Source of the DNA: Candidatus Woesearchaeota archaeon | Lineage (GTDB): Archaea > Nanobdellota > Nanobdellia > Woesearchaeales > JAHWHD01 | Direction of reading: 5' to 3' | DNA: 64,000 nucleotides | Assembly: GCA_019323515.1 (NCBI GenBank) | Contig: JAHWHG010000007.1 | Location: 148,603 to 212,602 of the forward strand | Translations under genes and position numbers: made by a program | Notes under the pieces: model-generated | The model's database searches: none | What the model was told of the DNA's origin: nothing | The model's input: the letters and a program-made list of their open reading frames with translations, nothing else | Shown here: positions 28,969-38,064 of the stretch, in pieces | Layout of the letters: the number at the start of each line of letters is the position of its first letter | Numbering within the stretch: the first letter of the stretch is position 1

Positions 28969-29454
28969 ATGAAATGTCCTTACTGCTTATCAAATGAAAC
29001 CAAGGTTGTAGACAAAAGACCTACAAGTGACTTTGAAGTCACAAGAAGAAGAAGGGAATGTCTAAAGTGCGAGCGCCGTTTTACTACGTATGAAAGGATT
29101 GAGATGGCTGACCTTGTTGTTGTCAAAAAAGACAGCAGAAGAGAGGCTTTTGATAGGGACAAACTAAAGCAAGGCCTGACAAAAGCACTGCAAAAAAGAC
29201 CAATAAGTGCTGAACAGGTAGATAAAATAATCAATGAAATTGAGATGAAACTCAAAGGCAAGGAAAATCTAGAGGTTGAAAGCAGATATATTGGGAAGCT
29301 TATCATGAACAGGCTCAAAAGGATAGACCCTGTAGCCTATATAAGATTTGCTTCAGTGTATAAATCATTTGATGACCTAGACGCATTTGCTGAAGAAATA
29401 AAAAAGATAAAACAAACGAAAAAAAGTGGTGATAATGATGGAGATTCTAGTTAA
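28969..29454 (+). CDS. nrdR: Transcriptional repressor NrdR
   Basis: MKCPYC...RRRRECLKCERRFTTYE, ATP cone VVKKDSRREAFDRDKL, VAYIRFASVY. Confidence 0.97.
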   Translation: MKCPYCLSNETKVVDKRPTSDFEVTRRRRECLKCERRFTTYERIEMADLVVVKKDSRREAFDRDKLKQGLTKALQKRPISAEQVDKIINEIEMKLKGKENLEVESRYIGKLIMNRLKRIDPVAYIRFASVYKSFDDLDAFAEEIKKIKQTKKSGDNDGDSS

Positions 29455-31741
29455 AAAAGCAGATGAAAGAACTGAATCATTCTCAAAACAAAAACTGAGT
29501 TACGCTTTAGAAAGAACAGGGATTCCAAACAAACATATCTCTGAAGTAGTTGACAAGATTGCTAAACAGGCGTATAACCTTATTCCAACCTCTGAGATTA
29601 GGAAATGGGTCATTGAAGAACTTGATAAGATTGATGAGCAATACAGCTATGGATTCAAATATAAAAGAAAAAACGTCTGGGTCGTTGGAGGAGAACCTCC
29701 ATTCAACCATGTGTTTCAACCATTTATCAAGCAAAGAATTGTTGAATCACTTATTAAAGAGACAAATATGGAGGAAAAACTAGCAAGAGAAATCTCAGAC
29801 GAAGTGGAACATCTACTTATTGAGAATAAAGTTGAGCATATAACAGGGCCACTCATAAGGGAACTTGTAAATTATATCCTTACAAAAAGAAAACTCTATG
29901 ACTATAAGAGAGATTATTCGAGACTCGGCATGCCTGTCTATGATATACATAGGACAATCAACCAAAACTTACATGAGAATGCAAATTTAGGGTATCATGC
30001 TGAAGCAATACATAAACTGATTGCTGACAATGTATCTAAGAAATACGCACTCACAAAAATACTTCCTCCTGAACTTGCTTACACACACCTCAAAGGAGAA
30101 TTATACATTCATGACCTAAGCTATTTCTCTACAAGACCATTTTGCTTTGCATCTGACCTTAGATTCTTCTTCAAAAACGGGCTTAAAGTAGATGGCTTTG
30201 GCAACCAAACCTCAACTGCAGGCCCAGCAAAACGTGCAGATGTTGCTTTAAACCATGCTGCGAAGATTGTCGGAGCTGGCCAAACTAACTGTGCAGGTGG
30301 TCAAGGCCTTGACTTCTTTAATATATGGATGTCACCTTTTTTAAAAGGAAAATCATACAATGAGATGTATCAACTAGCACAGCAATTCATTTATGAAATG
30401 AATATGATGCTTGTAAGCAGAGGCGGTCAAGCAGTCTTTTCTTCAATATCATTAGAATTCGACCCTCCCAAATGGATTTCCGAATTACCAGCAGTGCTTC
30501 CTGGAGGAAAGGTTAGTGAAAAAGAAACATATGCAGATTACACTGAGGAAGCCCTGACATTCACAGAAGCACTAACTGATGTATTCCTAGGAGGAGACTA
30601 CAATGGAAAGATGTTTTCATGGCCAAAACCTGAATTCAAGGTTAGGAAACCTTTGCTAAAGGGCAAGCATGAAGAACTCTTCATGAAGGTGCATCAACTA
30701 GCTTCAAAATTTGGCAGCCCTTATTTCCTTAACCTAAACGCACCATACATGCCGGACATATGCCAAAGTCAATGTTGTAGATTTTTTCTCACGCCAACTG
30801 CTGACGAATGGATAGACATTGAAAGAGGTTCTACAAGATCAAGCTGCATACAGTACGTTTCATTGAACCTTCCAAGAGTTGCTTACGAAGCAAAAGATGA
30901 GACTGCTGCATTGGAACTTATTCAAAAAAGGATGGAGCAATCAAAAGAAATATTCAAGATTAAAAATGATATAATAAGGCAAAGACTTGATCAAAAGATT
31001 CTTCCTTTCCTTGCGCAGGATTGCTACGGAGAATACCTTTATCCAATTAATCACTGCTTACACAATTTTGGTTTTGTAGGATTAAACGAAATGGTAAAAT
31101 CATTAACTGGAGAAGAACTTCATGAAAGCGAAAGTGCATGGAAGTTCGGATTAAAAGTAATCAAAAATATGTCTGATTATTCTAAACTCCTTAACGAAAA
31201 CCCTGATGAGGGATACGGATTACGATACGGAGTTGTACAAACACCTGGAGAAAGTGCACCCCATAGGCTCGCAAAGATTGATATGCGTGATTTCAAAGAC
31301 AAGGCAGTTGTACAGGGCAATGTCAAAGATGGTTCTGTTTATTACATGAACTCGTCACATCCAAACTACTCAGCTCCAATCAATCTTTTCAAGAGATTAC
31401 AGATTGATGCATCATTCCACCCTTTGCTCGATGGCGGCGCAATATCACATCTATGGTTAGGAGAATCTAACCCTGATCCAAGTGCACTTCTCAAGTTGAC
31501 AAAGAAGATATGTGAAAAAACACTCACTGCATATTATGCCTACACAAAGGACATAAGTTATTGCATTAAATGCCATAAGACTATGGGAGGCATACAAGAT
31601 ACATGCCCTAACTGCGGTTCTAACGAAGTGGAATGCTACAGTAGAGTGACTGGCTACTATCAAAGGGTATCAGGCTGGAACAAAGGAAAGAAACAAGAAT
31701 TCCTTGATAGATATAGATACGGAAATAACATGTTAAAATAA
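29435..31741 (+). CDS. nrdD: Class III anaerobic ribonucleoside-triphosphate reductase, copy 1 (two ATP cones)
   Basis: ENAN, IHD, RPFC, GGQG, SRGGQ, QSQCCRF, SLNLPR, TPGES, Zn ribbon CIKC..CPNC, glycyl-radical loop SRVTGYY; SD GGTGAT before ATG 29435/29438. Confidence 0.95.
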   Translation: MMEILVKKADERTESFSKQKLSYALERTGIPNKHISEVVDKIAKQAYNLIPTSEIRKWVIEELDKIDEQYSYGFKYKRKNVWVVGGEPPFNHVFQPFIKQRIVESLIKETNMEEKLAREISDEVEHLLIENKVEHITGPLIRELVNYILTKRKLYDYKRDYSRLGMPVYDIHRTINQNLHENANLGYHAEAIHKLIADNVSKKYALTKILPPELAYTHLKGELYIHDLSYFSTRPFCFASDLRFFFKNGLKVDGFGNQTSTAGPAKRADVALNHAAKIVGAGQTNCAGGQGLDFFNIWMSPFLKGKSYNEMYQLAQQFIYEMNMMLVSRGGQAVFSSISLEFDPPKWISELPAVLPGGKVSEKETYADYTEEALTFTEALTDVFLGGDYNGKMFSWPKPEFKVRKPLLKGKHEELFMKVHQLASKFGSPYFLNLNAPYMPDICQSQCCRFFLTPTADEWIDIERGSTRSSCIQYVSLNLPRVAYEAKDETAALELIQKRMEQSKEIFKIKNDIIRQRLDQKILPFLAQDCYGEYLYPINHCLHNFGFVGLNEMVKSLTGEELHESESAWKFGLKVIKNMSDYSKLLNENPDEGYGLRYGVVQTPGESAPHRLAKIDMRDFKDKAVVQGNVKDGSVYYMNSSHPNYSAPINLFKRLQIDASFHPLLDGGAISHLWLGESNPDPSALLKLTKKICEKTLTAYYAYTKDISYCIKCHKTMGGIQDTCPNCGSNEVECYSRVTGYYQRVSGWNKGKKQEFLDRYRYGNNMLK

Positions 31742-31779
31742 GACGTTAAACAAACAATAAAAAGATACAAGGATAAAAG

Positions 31780-33819
31780 ATGGAGAAGAAGATAATTACT
31801 TCAAATGGAGAGACAGGTTCTTTATCCAAGGAAAAAATAAAACAAGCTTTACTTAAAGAGACTTCAATAACAAAAGAAAATGCTGAACAGATTGCAGAAA
31901 AAAGTTTTAAGGAATTAGAGGGTATAAACGGAATCCTCAAGACAAGTTTGATTAGAGAAATAGTTTGTATGAAACTAAGAGAGCAAGGGCTTGAAAAAGA
32001 ACATTCAGAGTTTGTACGTCTTGGCCTGCCAGTGCACGAGGTTAAGAAAATAATGTTTGAATATGACAAGAACAATGCAAACACAACATATAACCCTCAA
32101 ACAATCCAATTTAATTTAGCACAGCCTATTGCAAGACAATATGCACTATTCCACTTACTTCCAAAAAAGATAGCAGATAGCCATATAAATGGCGAGATTT
32201 ACATCCATGACTTCGACTTCTTTGCAACAAGACCGTTCTGCTTTTCACATGATATAAGGTTCTTCCTAAAGAACGGACTTAAGACAGACGGTTCAGGGAA
32301 CCACACAGCATCTTCAGGACCTGCTAAAAGTCTCTCAGTAGCCCTTAGACACGCAGCAAGGACAATGATAATAGCCTCAAACTACTTTTCAGGAGGCCAA
32401 GGTTTTGATAGCCTTAACCTTTACTTAGCTCCCTACGCGCGTGGACTTAGCAACCATGCTATTGAACACGCAGTTCAAGGCTTTATCTTCCAGCTAGCAA
32501 CATTAAACGTTGTCAAAGGCGGCCAACTTCCCTTTACATCAGCATCACTCGAACTCAACATGCCAGGTTACCTCAAAGACGTCCCAGTAGTGCTTCCTGG
32601 AGGTAAAGTCAGTGAAAATGAGAACTACGAAAATTATTTAGATGAAGCAAGAAGAATTGCAGACGTGTTCACAAAACTTCTTATGCGTGGAGACCACTTT
32701 GGTAGACCATTCCACTTCCCTAAACCCGAATATAAGATAAGAAAGGATACTTTAAAGGATAAAGAAGTAGAGCCTCTACTCTTAGATATTCATAAACTTG
32801 TAGCTAAGTTCGGAAGTCCATACTTCCTAAACATGGCAGCTCCTTATATGCCAGATGCTCTCCAAAGCCAATGCTGCCGCTACTTCCTTGCACCTGACCA
32901 GGATTTCTGGGAAGAGATAAAGGAAGGTACTGTTAGGAGCGGCAGTATCCAGACTGTTACATTAAACCTTCCAAATATAGCCTATAACGTAAAAGATGAA
33001 TCCGAGATTTACCCACTAATCCAGGAAAGGATTAACCTCATGAGGGGCATATTTGATATCAAAAGAGAATGCATCAAAAAGGTAATGGACTCAGGAGCTG
33101 CACCTTTCCTTACAATGGATTGTAATGGAAAACCTTACTTCAAGATTAACGAATCAACAAACTCTGTCGGGTTTATAGGATTAAACGAGATGGTGAAGTC
33201 ATTAATTGGAGAAGAACTTCACGAAAGCGACAATGGATGGAAGTTAGGCTTAAAGATAATCAAGTACATGTCAGATTTAGTTATGGAAATGCAGGAAAAA
33301 ACCGGACAACGATGGGGTATGGTGCAAACACCAGCAGAATCCGTAAGCTGGAAGTTTGCTGAACTTGATTCAAAGAACTACAAAGATAAAGCGATTGTAC
33401 AAGGGAATAAAGAAACTGGCGATATTTTCTATACAAATAGTAGTCAGCCAAGGTACTCAGCTGACATAGACCTTTTCAAAAGACTCAAGATTGATAGTTC
33501 ATTCCATCCACTTGTAAAAGGTGGAGTGATATCACATGTATTCCTCGGAGAAAAGAACCCTGACCCAGAAGCCCTATTAAATTTGACAAAAAAGATTTGC
33601 TCTAAAACTCTAACAGCCTATTATGCTTATACAAAAGATATCACTTACTGTAACAGTTGTAGTAATACGTTTGGTGGCATACACCAAAAATGTCCTAGCT
33701 GTGGAGAAGAAGACAAGATTGAATGCTTTTCAAGAATAACTGGCTATTATACAAATGTAAAAAGCTGGAATAAAGGTAAGTTCAAGGAATTCCTAGAAAG
33801 AAAAAGGTATGGTCTATGA
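31780..33819 (+). CDS. nrdD: Class III ribonucleotide reductase, copy 2
   Basis: One ATP cone; IHD, RPFC, GGQG, QSQCCRY, TPAES, CNSC..CPSC, SRITGYY. Confidence 0.93.
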   Translation: MEKKIITSNGETGSLSKEKIKQALLKETSITKENAEQIAEKSFKELEGINGILKTSLIREIVCMKLREQGLEKEHSEFVRLGLPVHEVKKIMFEYDKNNANTTYNPQTIQFNLAQPIARQYALFHLLPKKIADSHINGEIYIHDFDFFATRPFCFSHDIRFFLKNGLKTDGSGNHTASSGPAKSLSVALRHAARTMIIASNYFSGGQGFDSLNLYLAPYARGLSNHAIEHAVQGFIFQLATLNVVKGGQLPFTSASLELNMPGYLKDVPVVLPGGKVSENENYENYLDEARRIADVFTKLLMRGDHFGRPFHFPKPEYKIRKDTLKDKEVEPLLLDIHKLVAKFGSPYFLNMAAPYMPDALQSQCCRYFLAPDQDFWEEIKEGTVRSGSIQTVTLNLPNIAYNVKDESEIYPLIQERINLMRGIFDIKRECIKKVMDSGAAPFLTMDCNGKPYFKINESTNSVGFIGLNEMVKSLIGEELHESDNGWKLGLKIIKYMSDLVMEMQEKTGQRWGMVQTPAESVSWKFAELDSKNYKDKAIVQGNKETGDIFYTNSSQPRYSADIDLFKRLKIDSSFHPLVKGGVISHVFLGEKNPDPEALLNLTKKICSKTLTAYYAYTKDITYCNSCSNTFGGIHQKCPSCGEEDKIECFSRITGYYTNVKSWNKGKFKEFLERKRYGL

Positions 33820-34952
33820 AGATTGATGTCCCTTTTAAAGACCTGGAAGAAAGTAGCCCTGATAAGATAGTAAAGTCTCTTCTAAAAGAGACATCTATAG
33901 AAGAAGACAAAGCAAAGATTATTGCAGAACAAGCATTCCAGGAGTTAAAGAAACTAGAGAGTATAACACCTAATTTAGTAAGAGAAATTGTATGTACTCA
34001 ACTCTTGAAATCCGGCCTAAGGAAATCACACAAAGAATATTCAAGGTTAGGTATGCCAGTATATGACATTAAAAATACTATCTTGCAGTATGATAAAGAA
34101 AATGCAAATGTAAACTATAATCCGCAATTTATGCACAAACAATTTGGAGATTCAATCTCTGAACAGTACACCTTACTATACCTTCTGCCTGCATCAGCAA
34201 GCAGGGCACACCTTAATGGAGAGATATACATACATGATAGGGCGTTCTTCCCAACAAGACCTTTCTGTTTTTCGCACGATATGAGATTCTTTCTTAAAAA
34301 CGGGGTAAAACCAGACGGGATAGGCATTTATGCAGGAGTTTCTGGACCTGCAAAAAGTCTACAAGTTGCAATGCAGCATGCTGCAAGAGTCTTACTTAAT
34401 GCTCAGACATACTTTTCAGGTGGCCAAGGCTTCGACAGTCTTAATCTTTACCTTGCACCTTATGCAAGGGGACTTAATTATTACCAAGTTAAACAGGCAG
34501 TTGAAGCATTTGTATACACTTTAGACCAGATATTTATACGCGATGGTGAGACAGCATTCACATCAGCATCACTCGAACTTAACTGCCCAAGATACTTAAA
34601 AGACGTGCCGGTTGTCCTTCCAGGTGGAAGAGTAACTGAAAATGAGAATTATGAGAACTACATTGAAGAAGCAAGAACAATCGCAAGAGCTTTTACAGAA
34701 GTAATGATGAATGGTGATCATAATGGCAAACCGTTTCATTTCCCTAAACCCGAGTATAAGATAAGAAAGGATACTTTAAAGGATAAAGAAGTAGAACCTC
34801 TACTCCTGGATGTACACAAACTTGTAGCTAAGTTCGGAAGTCCATACTTCCTAAACATGGCAGCTCCTTATATGCCAGACGCTCTCCAAAGTCAATGCTG
34901 TCGCTATTTCCTTGCACCTGACCAAGACTTCTGGGAAGACATCAAAGAAGGA
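32716..34952 (+). repeat. ~210-bp near-identical direct repeat shared by nrdD2 (about 32716-32928) and nrdD3 (about 34740-34952)
   Basis: Exact runs of 41 bp (32731-32771 = 34755-34795) and 62 bp (32794-32855 = 34818-34879), counted by eye. Confidence 0.85.
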
Positions 34953-35858
34953 ACCGTAAGAAGTGGAAGTATACAAGTTATAACAATTAACCTACCAAAC
35001 ATAGCATATAATGCAAAAGACGAAAGCCAAGTCTTTGACATTATTGACCAGCGCCTTGACACCGCTGAAAAGATATTCAATGTGAAAAGAGATGTAATAA
35101 AAAAAATATTAGATAACAATGCAGCACCTTTCCTAACAATGGAATGTAACAAGAAACCATATTTTAAGATTAAATCATCAACCAATTCTGTAGGATTTAT
35201 AGGGCTTAATGAGATGGTTAAATCACTGACAGGAGAAGAACTTCACGAAAGCGACAGCGCTTGGAAGCTCGGACTGAAGATTATAAAAGAGATGGCTGAC
35301 AAGGTCAAAGAAAAGCAAGAAAAAACAGAACAAAGATGGGGCATGGTACAGACACCTGCTGAAGGTTGTTCATATAAGCTGGCGGAGATTGACACTAAAA
35401 GGTATAAAGACAAGGCGATCGTACAAGGAGATACTAAATCCGGCACAATATATTATACGAATTCATGCCAAGTTAATTATTCCGCAAATTTACCATTATT
35501 TAATAGGATAAAGATTGACAGCTCATTCCACCCTCTTGTTAAGGGTGGTGTAATTAACCACATATTCCTTGGGGAAAAGAATCCAGACCCAGAAGCTCTT
35601 CTAAACCTAACAAACAAGATATGCAAAAACACTCTTACAGCATACTTTGCATACACCAAAGACATAACCTCTTGTAATAAATGCAAACAAACTTTTGGCA
35701 ACATACTTGAAAAATGTCCAAGTTGCGGTGCAGTGGGTGATGATTTACAATGGTACTCGAGGGTAACAGGCTATTATACGCCAGTAAAATCATGGAACAA
35801 GGGCAAAGCTACTGAATTTATTAACAGGAAAAGATATAGTGTAGGTGATAGACAATGA
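33816..35858 (+). CDS. nrdD: Class III ribonucleotide reductase, copy 3
   Basis: Degenerate ATP cone; ENAN, IHD, RPFC, GGQG, QSQCCRY, TPAEG, CNKC..CPSC, SRVTGYY; ATGA overlap with copy 2. Confidence 0.93.
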   Translation: MKIDVPFKDLEESSPDKIVKSLLKETSIEEDKAKIIAEQAFQELKKLESITPNLVREIVCTQLLKSGLRKSHKEYSRLGMPVYDIKNTILQYDKENANVNYNPQFMHKQFGDSISEQYTLLYLLPASASRAHLNGEIYIHDRAFFPTRPFCFSHDMRFFLKNGVKPDGIGIYAGVSGPAKSLQVAMQHAARVLLNAQTYFSGGQGFDSLNLYLAPYARGLNYYQVKQAVEAFVYTLDQIFIRDGETAFTSASLELNCPRYLKDVPVVLPGGRVTENENYENYIEEARTIARAFTEVMMNGDHNGKPFHFPKPEYKIRKDTLKDKEVEPLLLDVHKLVAKFGSPYFLNMAAPYMPDALQSQCCRYFLAPDQDFWEDIKEGTVRSGSIQVITINLPNIAYNAKDESQVFDIIDQRLDTAEKIFNVKRDVIKKILDNNAAPFLTMECNKKPYFKIKSSTNSVGFIGLNEMVKSLTGEELHESDSAWKLGLKIIKEMADKVKEKQEKTEQRWGMVQTPAEGCSYKLAEIDTKRYKDKAIVQGDTKSGTIYYTNSCQVNYSANLPLFNRIKIDSSFHPLVKGGVINHIFLGEKNPDPEALLNLTNKICKNTLTAYFAYTKDITSCNKCKQTFGNILEKCPSCGAVGDDLQWYSRVTGYYTPVKSWNKGKATEFINRKRYSVGDRQ

Positions 35859-36118
35859 AAGAGATAAAAATTGATATATTTGTTAAAAAAAATGAAGAAA
35901 AAAGTAAAAATGCAAAAATGATTGTTGAGAAAGTAACCGCTGAAATGGAAAACATTAGAATTAATGTCTTGGACATTGAAGAGGAAGAGATTACTGCATT
36001 AACATACCATATTATTAAAAGCCCAAGCATCTGTATCAATGGTTTGACAAGGTTTCATGGCAACATTCCTAATGAAGAAGCATTAAGGTCTGAAATCCTT
36101 AAAGCTCAGTTGATGTAA
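35855..36118 (+). CDS. Thioredoxin-fold protein lacking CxxC
   Basis: IFVKKNEEKSKNAK aligns with VFTGKNCPKCPAAK of the next gene; cis-Pro segment KSPSICING; ATGA overlap with nrdD3. Confidence 0.75.
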   Translation: MKEIKIDIFVKKNEEKSKNAKMIVEKVTAEMENIRINVLDIEEEEITALTYHIIKSPSICINGLTRFHGNIPNEEALRSEILKAQLM

Positions 36119-36162
36119 TAATATAGATTAACATAAAAATAACATAACGGAGGTAAATAAAA

Positions 36163-36414
36163 ATGAAACTAACTGTATTTACTGGAAAAAACTGCCCAAA
36201 ATGTCCTGCAGCAAAAGAACTTTGCGAGGAGATTGCAAAAGAAAAAGGTATGGAATATGAGGTTAAAGATATTGAAGAAAACATGTTTGAAGCACTTCAG
36301 CTACAGATTGCATCTACACCTACGATTCTGCTAAATGATAATATCTTATTCAGGTCTGACCCACCAACAAAAGAAGAACTTATCCAAGCTATTGAAGAAA
36401 ACAGAGAGGGATGA
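36163..36414 (+). CDS. NrdH/glutaredoxin-like redoxin (CPKC)
   Basis: CPKC, IASTPTI; SD GGAGGT. Confidence 0.9.
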   Translation: MKLTVFTGKNCPKCPAAKELCEEIAKEKGMEYEVKDIEENMFEALQLQIASTPTILLNDNILFRSDPPTKEELIQAIEENREG

Positions 36415-36468
36415 AAACTCTCTGGACCCAGTTTTCTCAGAATATAGATATCTCTCTGGGATATTAAG

Positions 36469-37224
36469 ATGGAAGCATATATAGCAGGCACTGTCCCAAT
36501 GTCAACAGTTGACTGGCCTGGCAATATATCGCTAGTTATATTTTTTGCAGGCTGCGACTTCAAGTGCAGTTATTGCTATAACTCCAAGTTAGTTGAGTTT
36601 AAGCAAGAGTTCAAAAAGCCTATTAAAGAACTTAAAGAAGAGATTAAAAAAAGTTTGGGATTTATAGATGCAGTATTATTCTCAGGAGGAGAATGCTGCC
36701 TCCAACTTCAAGCATTGAAAGAATTGGCAAAATTCACAAAAAGTATGGAACTAAAAGTAGGAATAGAAACTAACGGAACAAGACCAGGAGTTGTAAGGCA
36801 CCTAATTAATGAAAGACTTATTGACTTTATTGGCCTTGACCTCAAGGCACCATTTGAACCAATCCTATTTGAAAATGTCACAAAATCAAAAACATTCTTC
36901 AAGACAACCGAAGAAGTTATAGACAACATAAAAGAGACTGTAGAGATTCTAAAGAAGAATACAAATAAGCTAGAGATTGAGATAAGGACAACTGTAGTAC
37001 CTACATTAGTACATACAAAAGAACATCTTGAATTAATAGGTAAAGAGATTCAAGGCTTAATCTGCACATGGTCACTGCAACAGTTCAGACCTGAAGAAGG
37101 AAAGATGATTGATAAATCTCTTGAAAAAGTTAAACCTCCAAAGCGAAGCGAACTAGAGTATTACAAAGAGCATCTTGAAAGAAAATTCCCATATCTTTCA
37201 ATCAAGGTAAAAGCAATTGATTAA
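36469..37224 (+). CDS. nrdG: Class III RNR activating radical SAM enzyme
   Basis: STVDWPG, FAGCDFKCSYCYN, FSGGE, ETNG, DLKAP, EIRTTVVP. Confidence 0.92.
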   Translation: MEAYIAGTVPMSTVDWPGNISLVIFFAGCDFKCSYCYNSKLVEFKQEFKKPIKELKEEIKKSLGFIDAVLFSGGECCLQLQALKELAKFTKSMELKVGIETNGTRPGVVRHLINERLIDFIGLDLKAPFEPILFENVTKSKTFFKTTEEVIDNIKETVEILKKNTNKLEIEIRTTVVPTLVHTKEHLELIGKEIQGLICTWSLQQFRPEEGKMIDKSLEKVKPPKRSELEYYKEHLERKFPYLSIKVKAID

Positions 37225-37251
37225 TGAAAATTGATTGATGATTATGTAAAA

Positions 37252-37980
37252 TCAATCTGCTGATTTGAGATTCTTTAGTTTACCAAAAAAATACACCTTA
37301 TCAGAAACAATATAAACCTCGAAGTTACTAAGTTTTTGCTTTAGAAAGGGACTTAGTATCTCTTCCTTAAGAATATCAGTACCTTCAGTTACAAGATTAA
37401 AAGATGGCATTACTATCAGCTTTTTTCTTTTCCAATTACCAATCAAAAAACATTTATAAGTCTCAAACCTTCCTGACTCTGACAGTGTTACAGCTGGATG
37501 CTCATGCCCAATTATAATATACTTTGCTTTCTTAAACACTTTATCATTACTCTCATCAGGCAAAACATGACCATGGCAGATATAATAATCATCTACAACA
37601 TAATAATCCCTTACCTCAAGATTCCTTTTTGCAGCAATGGGCTTAAGTATTGTATCATGATTACCTTTAAGCAGTACAATCTTCTTCGCATACTTAAACA
37701 TCAAGTCTAAAATCCTTAGAGTATGCCTCCATTCTGTCTCAGATATTGTACCAAACTCATGCTTTAGATCTCCATTTATAACAATAGTGTCTATCTTAAC
37801 AGCCTTAAGCACATTCTCAAGACGCTTAACAGTCTCAACAAACTGAAACCTAGGAACAAGAACACCTTGCTTATTCAAAGCTTCTTCATATCCCATATGG
37901 ATATCAGATACAACCAAAATCCTTTGCTTTCTAAAGTAAAGACACAAGTCAATAATTTCAAGCTCACTATTCAATCCCAT
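37252..37980 (-). CDS. Lhr-associated metallophosphoesterase (SbcD-related, archaeal type)
   Basis: VSDIHMGYE, NGDLKHEF, KGNHD, CHGH, GHEHP, MPSFN. Confidence 0.9.
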   Translation of the reverse strand: MGLNSELEIIDLCLYFRKQRILVVSDIHMGYEEALNKQGVLVPRFQFVETVKRLENVLKAVKIDTIVINGDLKHEFGTISETEWRHTLRILDLMFKYAKKIVLLKGNHDTILKPIAAKRNLEVRDYYVVDDYYICHGHVLPDESNDKVFKKAKYIIIGHEHPAVTLSESGRFETYKCFLIGNWKRKKLIVMPSFNLVTEGTDILKEEILSPFLKQKLSNFEVYIVSDKVYFFGKLKNLKSAD

Positions 37981-38064
37981 AACATAAAATTAAATTAAGT
38001 TCTTTATAAAATTAACTTATAAACAAAAATATTTATAAATTAAGAGATATTAAATATAACAAAA

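Noticed and set aside
29435-35858. Triple nrdD as an assembly duplication, split gene or intein-containing gene
   Set aside because: Each copy is full length with distinct N-termini and substantial divergence, has proper junction overlaps, and shows no intein or homing-endonuclease motifs. Read-level confirmation is still advisable.
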